This document shows positions 24,885 through 39,424 of a stretch of 64,000 bases of DNA, piece after piece (the stretch's first letter is position 1; the number at the start of each line of letters is the position of its first letter). Both the position numbers and the translations under genes were made by a program. Source of the DNA: Octopus sinensis (Eukaryota); assembly GCF_006345805.1 (NCBI RefSeq), contig NC_043000.1:29698001-29762000 (forward strand). The letters run 5' to 3'. The notes below the pieces were generated by a model, which ran no database searches, was not told where the DNA came from, and saw nothing but the letters and a program-made list of their open reading frames with translations.

Positions 24885-26439
24885 ACCTACGTACATATAT
24901 ATGATATGTGTGTTTAATCTTTTCTGTATGTACGTATGTGCAAGTATATTTCATAGTTAGACTCCAGGCGCCGACATTATACAGTATACGAAATGAGATA
25001 TTGCAATATAGCCATAAATATCCGAAGAACATAAATGGCTTAAATGACATGTGACTAAACTATGGAAGAGGTGTCATGGCTTCTGGCCGACATCCACATG
25101 TAACTGTCAATGGCGCTCTGTAAAGACTTATCTTATGGAACCAAGGAAAGAATAAATAAATGGTCATAGTTCAGCTAGAAGTAGCAACCAAATATCCCTC
25201 AGTTTACCCCCACTATTGTCTTGCAAAAGGAAGGTGGCTCTGCATATTGAATATGCCTGTTGAGTATACATAATAATCGGGGTTGGACGCATTCTATCTT
25301 AGATCTAAATCAGTCTAAATGACAACCTCGTCGACAACGGCTAAAATAACAAGCTACCATATACTCTACCCCTTGTACTACGGAAATCATCAAAGTTCAT
25401 TACTTTTAACCTAAGAAAGCTGTTTTATATACCAGTCTATCTTTTGTTACCAAATGTCATGCTAGAAACTATATTCTTTTTTTACTGAGTCGGCCTCACT
25501 AACATAAATACCGGCTGTATATATTTTTGTAGATATTTAACCTCATTACTGGCATAAGCATGAAGTTTAATTTCGCAGTTAAAGGGTTAACTTATTCTCA
25601 CACATAACATTCCTTTGTTCATACCAATCTATGTATTTGTTTTTAGCCCTAGGTTACACAAGATCAAATACAGTTGATAAACAGAATTTAATCGTGATCA
25701 TTTGGTGTTTTTGTCTATGTAAAACTTGAATCTCTGATTCTATCTTTAAATCATGAAGCCGAACAGTGTGTGCGAATTGAGGGATACTAACTGCTATTTC
25801 TATCTAGTTTGAACATTCACTTACAGGTTTATTCACTATCCTGTTAGTATGTTCTTTATGAAGATCAACTGCATTCGTTTTTAAACTAAATTTTAAACTT
25901 CATTCGTTGCATCACATTGCAGAGAAATCATGTGAAATGCTGTTCAAAAGACAGGATTTCCGCTCATTGGAACATTTCTACCAGGAGCGTTTCTACTTTA
26001 GATATTCGTTATCAAAGAGCTAAAATGCACAATAATAAATAGAATGATTTGAAATCCGTATTATTTAGATATACAAGAGAGTATTTGAGGATATTGTCGA
26101 TATGTTTATCTCATTCAAAAATTTCCAAATGTTATTTCCTTATGATATACTTGAAGTGAATTCGTTTTAGCCAGGAATTAAAACAGGATGGGGTATTCCG
26201 TTTGCCGGAAGCTGTTTTCTGTGGTGCTCACGATATCTTGGAAAAAATATTATCGTTAGAAACGAGGTTACTTGTCGATTTTTGAGACAAGTTTATTAAA
26301 TTATCAACTCGTAAATGATAAATTCGTGTCTAACTTTGTCAACGTAAATACGAATAGCATACTGTTCAACATTAAAGTTCCAACACATAAACACGGATTT
26401 TTACTCAATGAATACTAAATATCTAATGAATGGGAATAC

Positions 26440-26505
<66 letters not shown>

Positions 26506-27439
26506 GCACACACAAATACTCACAAACACAAAATTATACCAAATATAGTTTTATAAAAGTACATACCTTCAAATGTATCGTCTGTTTATAAGCGTGTTAA
26601 ATAATTCCCCCTTTGTAGAAGCCAAAACTGTTTCTGTGAAGAGAAAATAAAAAGACAAGTTAGTGAAGAATTAAGGGAAACAAGCAGAAACATATTTATC
26701 GTTGACATTAATTAAAAACCATATTATTTGTTTACCAGTAGTACCCTCAGAAATTCAGCGACATTTTTGTGGTACAGTACTAGATATAAGCATCCAATAC
26801 GGTAATAATATCTTGTCATACCCTTGGCAATTCTTTGATTATTTTCTATGAAATAATTAATATCTATTGTCCTTGCTTCTGTTTAATCTTCTAGCTTTCG
26901 TTTTTATTTTTTGTGTCTTTGTAGCCTGTGCAAAATAATCTTGTCCATCATCATTCATATTTTTCCTTCTTTGATTAACAATTCTCATTTCCCCGTTAAC
27001 TCCTGCTTCGTCGTTCGCCTCAAGACTTTCTCTCTCTTTCTCCCGTCTCTCTGTCTTTATTTCTCTCTCGTTCTCTCTTTCTCTCTTTCTCTCTCGCACA
27101 AATAATTTTACCATTGTTTTTCCAACGAGTGGCTTATTTTACACCACAGGAGTGCATCGATAACTATAAGGCATGTCGTGAAAAGTATGCACTAAAATAA
27201 AATGGTGTTGTAATTAAGTGAGTTTTAGACATAGGGAAAATAGAGAGTAGCAGTGATTAGTATGGTTGGAAAATAGCTGCAAAATATGGTCGAAAAACGA
27301 CTGAAGTATATGGTTAAAAAATAAGTAAAAAATATGGTCGAAAAATAACTGATGCTCAGTAACTATGTAATGAAGTAAAGAGTATACAAGTTTTTCTAAA
27401 AAATAGAAACTAAATGATCATTTCGAGACATTTATGATT

Positions 27440-27810
<371 letters not shown>

Positions 27811-27829
27811 TATATATAATTTTTTTTTC

Positions 27830-28030
27830 GTAATGAGATAAAAATACCAAGGCTGTGTAGATTTTAGAACATTTATAAATAGGTCTTGCACCTGATTCCA
27901 GGATATTTATTATATCCCTTCATCGGAGACGGTGTGAGAAGATGGTTCAGCAATAGTTAATTTAGATAAGATACGAAATAGAGAGTGAGGTGCAGGAATG
28001 AAAATAGATGTATGCAGGGATATGGCATAT
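27830..28030 (-). mobile_element. Penelope-like 3' fragment with degenerate hammerhead, ending at an A/TA tract
   Basis: Minus strand GTCT-CCGATGA-A-GGGATAT-AATAA-ATATCCT-GGAA...AGAC; the 3' end CACAGCCTTGG...TTATCTC matches 57181-57215. Confidence 0.55.
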
Positions 28031-28064
28031 GTAGATCCATTATTTAGGCAGAATGGTATACATA

Positions 28065-28470
28065 GGCGCAGGAGTGGCTGTGTGGTAAGTAGCTTGCTAA
28101 CCAACCACATGGTTCCGGGTTCAGTCCCACTGCGTGGCAACTTGGGCAAGTGTCTCCTGCTATAACCCCGGGCCGACCAATGCCTTGTGAGTGGATTTGG
28201 TAGACGGAAACTGAAAGAAGCTTGTCGTATATATGTATATATATGTATGTGTGTGTGTTTGTGTGTCTGTGTTTGTTCCCTAGCATTGCTTGACAACCGA
28301 TGCTGGTGTGGTCACGTCCCCGTCACTTAGCGGTTCGGCAAAAAGAGACCGATAGAATAAGTACTGGGCTTACAAAAAGAATAAGTCCCGGGGTCGAGTT
28401 GCTCGACTAAAGGCGGTGCTCCAGCATGGCTGCAGTCAAATGACTGAAACAAGTAAAAGAGTAAAGAGTA
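28065..28470 (+). mobile_element. SINE, family 3 (GGCGCAGGAGTGGCTGTGTGGTAAG head), full length
   Basis: tRNA-like head with GGTTCAGTCCC B-box, a CORE-like CTTGGGCAAGTGTC, and an (AAAGAGT)n tail. Confidence 0.92.
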
Positions 28471-28686
28471 TATAAGATTCTAATAGCTTATGAGTAAAAT
28501 CCAATAGTGTTTAAAATTGGCCATTCCAAGTATAGAGTTTATACAGTGTTATTGAATCAAAGGCACCTTTACTATTGTTGTTGTTGTTGTTGTTAGTGGT
28601 AGTGGTCGTAGCAGTAGAAATAGTAGCTCTAAGTATTAGTATTATTGTTTTTTTTAGCTTGGGTTGGAATTTATCAATATTATATT

Positions 28687-28772
<86 letters not shown>

Positions 28773-28780
28773 GTATGTAA

Positions 28781-29090
28781 GGAGTGCTCCGTCGGTTACG
28801 ACGACGAGGGTCCTAGCGGATACGATCAACGGAACAGCTTGCTCGTGAAATTAACTGAGCACTCCATAGACACGTGTACTCTTAACGTAGTTCTCGGGGA
28901 GATTCAGCCTGACACAGAGTGTGACAAAGCTGGCCCTTTGAAATACCAGGTACTACTCAATTTTGCCAGTTGAGTAGACAGGAGCAAAGTGAAAATAAAG
29001 TATCTTGCTCGACACAACGCGACGCCAGGAATTGAACTCATGGCCGTACGATCGTGAGCCGAATGCCCTAACCACTTGGCCACGCGCCTT
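28781..29090 (-). mobile_element. SINE, family 2
   Basis: Matches 3900-4227. Confidence 0.88.
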
Positions 29091-29141
29091 TACCTATGTA
29101 TATATATGTAGGTAGATATGTGAGTTTATCTGTATATATGT

Positions 29142-29405
29142 CACTTCACGTGATCACGTGACCAACCAGACTATCAGATGCTGTTACACATCGCTGGTCA
29201 CAATGCCCTATGCTTTGTTTCAGCCTTCAAAGGACACCATTATGCATGCTAGGTGAGCACCCTACCCTGCTCGAGTGTGGGGAGTGAAGGGACGTGAAAT
29301 GAAGTGCATTGCTCAAGAACACGACGCGTCGCCCAGTTTGGGAGTCGAAACCACGATCTAGAGATCGTGAGTGCGATAGCCTAACCACTAGGCTACACGC
29401 CTTCA
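29142..29405 (-). mobile_element. SINE, family 2 head with an alternative tail
   Basis: Head is the reverse complement of GGCGTGTAGCCTAGTGGTTAGG; tail CACGTGA(T/C)CAA is shared with 61487-61560. Confidence 0.8.
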
Positions 29406-29800
29406 CTTGTACATATACGTATCTATGCACACACACACACATATAGGTGGTGATGATGATTATGATGGTGAAGTTATCCATGAGTGTGTATGTTTTTATT
29501 TACGCAACGGGTTTGTGTACAGTTTCCGGTTATCAAATTAGACTCCAAATGTTTGGTCAACGATGAACTGTGATCGAAGACGGCCAGTTACTGTGGCACG
29601 CAGTGGGATCGACCCCGGAACTACATTATTACAAAGCAAACCTCTTTAACTTTATTCCAGAAGAAACACAAAATTGTATCCTTCTTGCCAACAAAACTTA
29701 CTCTTGAGTTTAATTAATAATATCCTAACGTTTGTCGAGATGACTGCCTCTGCATTCGAATGATTCTGAAGAAAATATAACTCGTCATTGATACGATATT

Positions 29801-30108
29801 GTGGAGGCACATGGCTTAGTGGTTAGAGCAGCAAACTCGCATTTGAGGGATCAGGGTTCGAATCTCAGCCCGGGTGATGTGTGTGCTTATGAGTGAAACA
29901 CCTAAGCTCTAGGTGACTCCGGCAGAAGGTAATGGCGAACTTCTGCTGACACTTTCGCCACAACTTTCTCTCACTCTTTCCTCCTGCATCTTACAGCTCA
30001 CCTGCAACGGACCGAGGTCCCATCCAAGTGGGGAAACTATACGCCAATGAAACTGGGAAACCGACCCTTATGAGCCAGGCGTGGCTTGAGAAGGAACACA
30101 CAAAAACA
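29801..30108 (+). mobile_element. SINE, family 2 variant, with 10 bp TSD
   Basis: GTGGAGGCACATGGCTTAGTGGTTAGAGC head; ATACGATATT at 29791-29800 and 30109-30118. Confidence 0.9.
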
Positions 30109-32040
30109 ATACGATATTAAGATATAATTATATATAACTATCCGGGAGGTCAACGAGTGCATCCGTCTGTTGTTAGTTTTTGGATTATTTCACATTCTTA
30201 GTCTATATTTTGCTATATTTGGAATTGGCTACTTGCTGTACTTGTTATGGTTAAACGAAGTGCTTTGTATTGTTTGTTCCAGTACATTGTGCTTTGAGTT
30301 CAAATCTCAGTGAAGTCTACTTTGCTTTTCATGCCTTCTGTATTGATACAATAAAGCATCGATGTAGTACTTGGATTGAAGTTATCAACTAACTGGATTC
30401 TTTTTGTAAAACTACTCGCTCAGAAAACCCATCTCAACCAGATTATATAATTTGGTCTTTATCTCCACTGAAGTACGTGTTAGATGTCACAATTAAATAG
30501 TGTAAAAAACCGATGGCCTGTTTTTTCCTTCATTTGTAAATGTACTCAATATTCTTTCTAACTCTGGAAACCATTGAAAGGAAATTTTTAGTATAATACA
30601 CGAATGTTCTTCGCTGTCTTCTCCTTAGATGTATAACGATGCACATCAATTCCTAAATACTGGCTAAACGTAAAGCAATTTAAATAAATTAAATATATAT
30701 ATGTATATATATGGAATTTGTGTGTGTATATAATACATACATACACACACACACACACGCACACACACACATATATATATATATACATGTATGTGTGTGC
30801 GTGCGTGTGCGTGTTTAAACTTCAAAACAAGAGTCAAATCTCTGTCACATTTAATCTGTAAGGTCGGCTAACTTCAAAAATGTGTCTAATGCAGTTGGTG
30901 AAATCAAGCATTCGATAATTAAAGCTTAACAATTATCAGACTTAGTACTGGAGTTGATATAACCGAAGAGTGCTGAAGCATTGCCTCAATGCAATGAACA
31001 GAACCGGTGAAAGAATAAATGAATATATTTTTGTGTTAGATAGTAGTGATGTATGTGAACGCAATGAATTGCCGTTCGCGTTATTGAGGTTCTAGAGAAT
31101 GACTCGCATCGGCTTTATTTCTTAAACACCGCCATTGAATAAATGACAAACATTTATACAAAACTATTGAATATTAGAATATGCGCCGAACAGTTTAGAA
31201 ATACTTAAAATATGTGACAACACAAAATATAATTTTATAACAATACAAATATTCAAATTGGAAGTATTTGAAAGTGCGCCGTGTGAATGTAATTAATTCA
31301 GAGAAGAGATGTTCAAAGTCGTTTGAACGTGTACAGCATTCATGAGAGAAATATGGTCAGAAGATTACTATTGCTTGTAGTAGCAATGGAAATTTTGAGA
31401 TCTCTAATTTATATTTCAAATCTTTCATTCCTTCGTCACCTCTCTCTTTCTTTCGTTCGAAGCGTCGTCGCATCTCTTTTCATTATTAACTTCGCATTCA
31501 ATCTTACTTTCTCGTGTTTCCTTCCTATATTGGCATCCGATTAATTTAGCTGCTATATACAGCTGTTCTCACTGGAATGTTCACATCATACAATCTGTTG
31601 CGATGAGAGATTGCAATTTTAAATCGGGAGCCTGTTGTCAATGTAATATTTTAAATTGTTACTTTGCCAACTTGCACAGAATAAACGCATCCATCAAACG
31701 AGAAGAACGTTTTTCAACTCACTATGACATTTTCTCGCCGTGAAACACATTCAGTCGACATAAGAAATAAACAAATGCAGAAATACACAATCACATTTTG
31801 AAGATAAAAAATATTGCGAGGAATTATAATGCCATCGTTGACAGGTTAGTATTAGTTATTATGAAAATCATGTATTTCCAGAGTTAGGAACTAACGTTTA
31901 TCTGCACCCAAAGTTATTTTAAGGATTTAGCTGCAAAACACACAATAATTTTGCAACTGGCAAAAATCTTTAAACGGTATTATTTGCAGCAAATGCCATG
32001 GCTTTTCTTTTCTTGAGTTAATTTCACACGAAAACAACTT

Positions 32041-32080
32041 GCGTCGTACGTTTCGTTGACTAATTTTCATCAGAAAACTC
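32041..32080 (-). ncRNA. Relic hammerhead motif related to the tandem-array ribozymes
   Basis: Minus strand CTGATGA-AAATTAGTCAAC-GAAACGTACGAC. U16.1 is mutated and half of stem II is missing, so it is non-functional as read. Confidence 0.4.
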
Positions 32081-32159
32081 TCTTCTAATCTGGAAGCAAT
32101 TTAAGTGGGGGTGGAGTGGGGATAAGAAATTAATCTAATTTCAGTCCATTTTAGCAACA

Positions 32160-32410
32160 CATCATCATCATCGTATTGAAGTCCACTTTTCTATGCTTGA
32201 ATAGGTGGGGCGGAAAATGTCAATGCAGATAATCTACAGTCGGATGCCCTTCCTGTCGTCAATGGTCACCTGTTGTAACTAAGGTTATATTTTCTCAAGG
32301 TTAGGCATGTTTTCGCGGAAGATTAGAAACGAAGGACAACACTTTCATGACGGGGACAACTCGCTTACAGCTATCATAAGATGTCAAGTCAAGGAGACAG
32401 CAACAAACAC
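32160..32410 (-). mobile_element. Short retroelement relic with (GAT)n tail
   Basis: (CAT)n at the left end followed by GTCGGATGCCCTTCCTGTCG, recalled as a common dispersed-repeat motif; no second copy found in the window. Confidence 0.5.
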
Positions 32411-32413
32411 GTA

Positions 32414-32452
<39 letters not shown>

Positions 32453-32538
32453 ATATATATATATTGACTAAATTTTCTACACGCTAGGCCACTGGTAGTA
32501 AAAATTTCAAACATTTTCTTACTCTGATATTATTAATC

Positions 32539-32578
<40 letters not shown>

Positions 32579-32646
32579 CTGTGTGTCTGTGTGTGTGTAT
32601 GTATGTATGTATGTATGTATGTATGTATGTATGTATGTATACATGT

Positions 32647-32686
<40 letters not shown>

Positions 32687-32888
32687 GAGGCGACGGGTGG
32701 CTTTCAGTTTCTGTCTATCAAATAAAGTCACAAAGCTGAACAGTCTATTTGAAACCGAAACTATTTTCAGCTGATTTGATTTCACTATATTCAGTAGTTG
32801 CAAACATTTGGCATTTCTCGACAGTTACAGGTGATTTTGTTGTCTATAAATGCCATGTAATGTATTGATATATACATGTGTGTATATA

Positions 32889-33911
32889 TCTATATATATA
32901 AAACTCTAGTTGTGTGAGTGTCTGTCCCCTTCGATTTAGATTCCTAACTCCTCCCACATTTTGCGGTGCAGTTTAATCAAATTCGGGTATCTTATAGTCG
33001 TGATTCATATCGAGCCCGTCTGACTATTAGCGCGCGTCAACGATGAGTCTACGATTTTAAAAATAATTTAACATCATTTTTTATTCCATTTTAATGCATA
33101 AAATGCATCGTATGTCGATGGCGGCGGAGTTGGCGTCCACGCTCACAGCTGCACCTGTTTGCTTCTCCCCCTTCCCTCCCTCGTGAAGCTGTGGGGAAGG
33201 GAGTGTAAAGAAATCAACGTCGTAATGCGTTGTGAAGGAAACCAGCGTTCTTTTAGAACAACGACTTCATGGCTTGAAGACACCAAAATAAAAATGGCTA
33301 AGAAAGCCCGAATTTATAAGGGAAGTAACTCTCTAAAAATGCTTATATAGTTATTTCCCTTACAAACCCGAGCAACGCCGGGCGATACTGCTAGTATATA
33401 TATAAAACTGTAGTTGTGTGAGTGTCTGTCTCCTACGATTTAGATTCCTAACTCCTCCCACATTTTGCGGTGCAGTTTAACCAAATTCGGGTATCTTATA
33501 GTCGTGATTAATATCGAGCCCGTCTGGCTATTAGCGCGCGTCTACGATGAGTCTACGATTTTAAAAATAATTTAACATCATTTTTTATTCCATTTTAATG
33601 CATAATTTTTCGTGTGTCGATGGCGGCGGAGTTGGCGTCCACGCTCAAACACCTGCACCTGTGTTTGCTTCTCCCCCTTCTTCCCTCCCTCGTGAAGCTG
33701 TGGGGAAGGGAGTTTAAGGAAATCAACGTCGTAATGCGTTGTCAAGAAGACCAGCGTTCTTTTAGAACAACGACTTCATGGCTTGAAGACACCAAAACAG
33801 AAATGGCTAAGAAAGCCCGAATTGGCATCTATAATGGAAGTAACTCTCTAAAAATGCGCTTATATAGTTATTTCCCTTACAAACCCGAGCAACGCCGGGT
33901 GATACTGCTAG
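32889..33911 (+). mobile_element. Head-to-tail dimer of a non-autonomous Helitron (~510 bp each)
   Basis: 5' A|TCTATATATATAAAA at 32888/9. Each copy ends with the hairpin CCCGAGCAACGCCGGG then CTAG (33391-94 and 33908-11) followed by T. Confidence 0.88.
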
Positions 33912-33919
33912 TATATGTG

Positions 33920-33993
<74 letters not shown>

Positions 33994-34213
33994 TATATAT
34001 ATTATTCACTACAGCCGTTCGGGTTTTTTGTTGGCTTGTTTTAATATTGTGGATTTTGATTTAAAGGAAATTTGACTGCTATTTCTACCTGGTCAAACGT
34101 GTGATTAGTGAAAGACTTTGAAAAAGCCTTCGAATAATTAGACCGTAAATAATAGTATACAACGTTATATACCTCCATTTCATGATTCAAGAAACATGGG
34201 AATATTCAACTTA

Positions 34214-34620
34214 GGTGCAGGATTGGCTGTGTGGTAAGCAGGTTGCTTACCAACCACATGGTTCTGGGTTCAGTCCCAATGCGTGGAAACTTGGGTAAGT
34301 GTCTTTTGCTATAGCTTCGGACCGACTGAAGCCTTGTGAGTGGATTTGGTAGACGGAAACAGAAAGAAGCCTGTCGTGTATATATATATATATATATATA
34401 TATCTGTATGAGTGTATATGTTTGTGTGTTTGTATTTGTCCATCTCCAGCATCGCTTGACAACCGATGCTGGTGTGTTTACGTCCCCGTAACTTAACGGT
34501 TAAGCAAAAAAAAAAAACGATAGAATAAGTACTAGGCTTACAAAGACTTACTCGACTAAAGGCGATGCACCAGCATGGCCGCAGTCAACTGACTGAAACA
34601 AATAAAAGAATAAAAGAATA
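34214..34620 (+). mobile_element. SINE, family 3
   Basis: Matches 28065-28470. Confidence 0.9.
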
Positions 34621-35707
34621 ATGCTTAATCGATGTTTTTTTCCTTCTTTTTTGTTTACATAGAATAGTGAAATCCGTAATGAATTATCTACAGAAATATT
34701 CTGTTTAAAGCAGGAAGTTTGAGTTTCGTGAATTTTACTGCACTGAAAACAAATAGGCAACAAGTACACAAGTTAGTAAGTGCAGATTTATATTCGAACA
34801 ACGAGGAAAACCTAGGAAAGTTTTAAAGACAAAATTATACGAAAATCAAAGCCGCGTGGTGTGATTATGGCTTCCATAAACAGCAGGTTTGCATTTGAAA
34901 TGGTTTCAAAATAGAACATCGATAAAACAAAGGAAGAAGAAAACAAACAAACGTTGTTTTGTGTGAAAACAGTTATTGGAAATAGTTTGTTATGCGAAAA
35001 TATTTGGTAATAATAAAACTGCATTGCATTGAATTACCGGTATCTGCTTTTAAATATGCATTTTATGTACTTAACCATTGTTTTAAAACCATAGTTTTGA
35101 TTTTCTTTATATATTTCCGTATTATTTATAGTATAGCTTCCAAAGTTAACATAGTTCGGAAGTTCGTTTGACTTTGTAGACAGTTTTCAATTTTATCGAT
35201 TATTTTTCGTTTTCACTTCGAATCTCTTTGCTTGGATCTCATTACTTTTCCTGTCGCACAAACTTCACTACAAACACTTTAGAAATGTAAGAATAAAAAG
35301 CCGCTACGGTCCTCCATTATTATAATAATGATCTGTGAAAAGCTGCCGAAGACGATTATTAATTCTGAAGTCATCAATTATGCCATAGTGTACATCTGTT
35401 TTGAGACCTTGCACATGTACATAATTGAAGTTACGCAGCCATTATAAAATAATAGTAATAGTACTAGAATGTTCCTTCTTGTATGATGGGTACACTGGGA
35501 AGAATTGTTTCGTTACCATGGGTAATATCAGGAAAGAAGACATACAATTATTATAATTCAACTCGTATTGGATTTTCTTGTGCTCACGCTAAATGGATGA
35601 TGTTTATGCGGAGTATAAGAACAGCGGAGAAGGAAGTCAGCGGGAAAGAATGCAGAGCGACAGAATGTGATGGGGTGGAGACGGGAGGGCTAGATTTCAA
35701 AACACAT

Positions 35708-35717
35708 ACACACAACA

Positions 35718-35795
<78 letters not shown>

Positions 35796-35891
35796 TATAT
35801 AAGTATATAATTTTCACACACACATACATACAGACACAATATGTATATATATACATACATACACACACATATATATATATATATTATATAC

Positions 35892-35928
<37 letters not shown>

Positions 35929-35978
35929 AGTATATAATGTTCACGCATACATACACAGACACAATATGTATATATACA

Positions 35979-36040
<62 letters not shown>
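35708..36040. repeat. (TA)n/(CATA)n block with an internal duplication
   Basis: CATACATACAGACACAATATGTATATATACATAC occurs at ~35823 and ~35946. Confidence 0.85.
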
Positions 36041-36041
<1 letters not shown>

Positions 36042-36205
36042 GACGGGCTTCTTTTAGTTTCCGTCTACCAAATCCACTCACAAGGCTTTGATTGGCCAGA
36101 GGCTATAGTAGAACATACTTGCCCAAGCTGCCACGCAGTGGGACTGAACCCGGAACCATGCGGTTGGTAAGCAACGTACTTACCGCACACCCACTCCTAC
36201 GCCTA
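36042..36205 (-). mobile_element. SINE, family 3 (5' half)
   Basis: Reverse complement of GGCGTAGGAGTGGGTGTGCGGTAAG... Confidence 0.88.
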
Positions 36206-36416
36206 TGTTTATATTTATTTTCCTTTGATATCGAAAAAGAATAACAACAAAAAAAGAGGATGTAGTGGAGTGAAAAGAGATTCTTTAGATTTTCATCAAA
36301 TAGTTGTGATATCAGAATAATAGTATAAAGAGATTATGTTTAATTGCCTTCAATAATGGGAATCGTTTCTTTCTAAATGTGTGTACCTAGAGAATTGTTA
36401 TTTACTCTTTTCCTTG

Positions 36417-36502
36417 CAAAAAAAGTATACAGAAAAAGTATACAGAAAAAGTATACAGAAAAAGTATACAGAAAAAGTATACAAAAAAAAGTATACAGAA
36501 AG
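36417..36502. repeat. 13 bp minisatellite (GAAAAAGTATACA), about 6 copies
   Basis: Direct reading. Confidence 0.9.
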
Positions 36503-36628
36503 TCGAAAAACAAATTTTTACATATTCTATAGTCAAACGAACTTAGAAGCGCCCAGGAAGTTGGTATTTTACAGAGGTCGCTTAGTTTAATGGCGCAGAG
36601 CGATCAGCCGGAATTTGAGAGGTACGTT

Positions 36629-37003
36629 AAGGCGGCGAGCTGGCAGAATCGTTAGCAGGCCGGGCGAACATGCTTAGCGGTATTTCGCCTGCCGTTACGT
36701 TCTGAGTTCAAATTCCGCCGCCGTCGACTTTGCCTTTCATCCTTTCGGGGTCAATAAATTAAGTACCATTTACGCACTGGGGTCGATGTAACCGACTTAA
36801 TCCATTTGTCTGTCCTTGTCTGTCCTCTCTGTGTTTGGGCCCTTGTGGGTAGTAAAGAAATAGGTATTTCATCTGTCTTACGTTCTGCGTTCAAATTCCA
36901 CTGAGGTCGACTTTGCCTTTCATCCTTTTGGGGTCGATAAATTAAGTACCAGTTACGCACTGGGGTAGATCTAATTTCGGCCCTTGTGCCTAGAGTAGAA
37001 AAG
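36629..37003 (+). mobile_element. SINE, family 1, with duplicated internal module
   Basis: Head AAGGCGGCGAGCTGGCAGAATCGTTAGC; the GTCGACTTTGCCTTTCATCC module occurs twice. Confidence 0.92.
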
Positions 37004-38344
37004 GATATATATATATGCATTATATTACGACCATTGTCCCACACGATCAACCTTGAATATAATGGATGCGAAAATAATTTCAACTGCTTTAAACCTTGTT
37101 ACATACATCTGAAACGAAAAGCAAAAACCAGAGTCATAAGGCTCAGAGGTTTGGTTTCCTGGATTCTGCGGCATATATATATATATCCCCCTCAAGGGCG
37201 GGAAACCGATCTTTTGCAGGAAGACTCATGTTTGCCAGCTGAGTGGATTGAAGACATGAAATGAAGTGTCTTGCTCAAGAACACAATGCAACGCGCGGAT
37301 CAAGAATCGAAGCCAAAATGTTACACTCATGAACGCAACGTCCTGATCACTATGTCACGAGACTCATACATAAATATGTGTGTGTGTGTGTGCGTGTGTG
37401 CATGTGTGTGTGTGTGTTTGTGTGCACGCACATGTACATATACACACATATCTATATTTATGAGAGTCACAAAGTTTTCGTTACCAGCTTCGCTCACAAG
37501 ATACTAGCAAAATAGAAGCTTCAGTAAAAATAATGCGTGGAAGAACCAAACAACTACAGCTGCGCAAATTTACTCGGAGTTTAAGCAATATAATGTAATT
37601 AGACAAAACAGAGTAACCTAATTGCTAAAACATATTGAGTCCGACACTTGGCTATTTAAATTACGCTATCACAACATTGCTAATATATAAATTCCATTGA
37701 AATACCTTAGCTTGTATGTTATTACTATTTTATTTTTAGCCTAATGTCCTAGTCTAATTTGTTCCAGGTGTTAAGCTCTTACGTACGAAAGAGTTTTCTA
37801 TCAAATTATTTCTTTCTTCATCTCGCAAGCACTATATCCATCGTAAAAGGCGCCGAACTTTCTAATCCACTAAATACTTCGCAAATAATTGTTTTGCGTG
37901 ACAGGCTCCGTGACAGATCTAACAGAAGCAGCTATCGTCGATATTTATCGCGGTTTGATGGTCATTATTATATAAACCTCAGGGGGATTGAACAATAAAT
38001 ACATTTGGAGACATTGTGTGTGTTTATGCATATAGGTATGTGTGTGTGTGTGTGTGTGCGTGCGTATAGATATGGATATATATATAATAGTACATATACG
38101 TACATGCATGAATGCATACGTACATACATACATGTATGTGTGTATGAGAGAAATAATTGGTTATGCATATTTATTCACTTATTAAAGGCTTATGGCTGTT
38201 TCAGATATGCATTCGGGTGCGTTCTTATCAACAGATCGATTGATCGACTGAGAAAATAGGGACCCAGTAAATCATTGCTAACTTCATCAAAGGGAAATCA
38301 CACATACATACATTCTTAAATGCACACACACACACTCACACAAA

Positions 38345-38386
<42 letters not shown>

Positions 38387-39424
38387 GAAGCCACATCTCT
38401 AGACAACCTTTCGAATGTATTCTTGAAACGTCATTCTTACTAGCGAGGAAGTAGATGTCATAATAATTTTATAAACTTTCGAGAGAACGTGAAATTATTC
38501 TGTTTTTGGAATAGCAGATCTAGAAGCACACACAAAGAATTATTAACAATAGCATATAAATATGTGTCCTTCGAGATAATCCCTATGCTGCTCCAAAACA
38601 GAATCATTTGAGGTACCCTCGGAAGGCACATACATTTGTATTGAGCTCTCACTTTTTAAAATGAGTTGATGTATGCAATATAATTTCATAATTCACTTGT
38701 TTCGTGTATCGATAACAAGGCGGAAAACTAGCGACGGACTTCCATACAGTTTTCTTCTCCCACGTTCAAAGACACTCATCGAAGGTGTCCCGCAGTGGGA
38801 TTGAAACCGAAACCACGTTGTGGCACAGCGAGCTTCTTAACCTATTAACTGCCAAATTTTTATTCATATTTTTTTACTTTGCCATGTGTCTTAGGAGTTA
38901 AAATAATATACAGTATTTAAGTTTTCTTCATATGTGAATTAATTTAGAAATTAAATTTTTTCGAAAAGTCCCAAATTGGGATCGTTAAAAAAAGGAGAAT
39001 TATCCTTTTCTATTCAGTTGCAATAATAAACATTTTAGTTTTTTTTTTCAAACTATAATATCCAATGTGAATGTGTATGAAATATCAATGAGTGATATAG
39101 ATGGGAAATGAAAAAAATAAATAAATAATAAAAGGCGTTTTCAAAACAGTCAATATTTTTGTAGTTTAAAAACTGCGATTTATGACAAAATGTCCTCGAG
39201 ATTTAGCCAGGGCTAATAATAACAAACTTTACCTACTAAATATTGTTAAGCACACATCTGAAATGCAATGTTCATAAGCAATTCGCTTTAAATACAACGA
39301 ACAGCCAGCAGTGAGTCTGCTTTTAGCAGATCCGCAAATGGGGCTCATTGCAGGTAATGGGTTAATCACATAAGCATGTCTATTTTAGGCCATCAACAAT
39401 AAGAAATCCAAAGTGAATGATGAA

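Noticed and set aside
28065-28140. tRNA genes at SINE heads
   Set aside because: A/B boxes are present, but no complete cloverleaf, and each continues into a SINE body.
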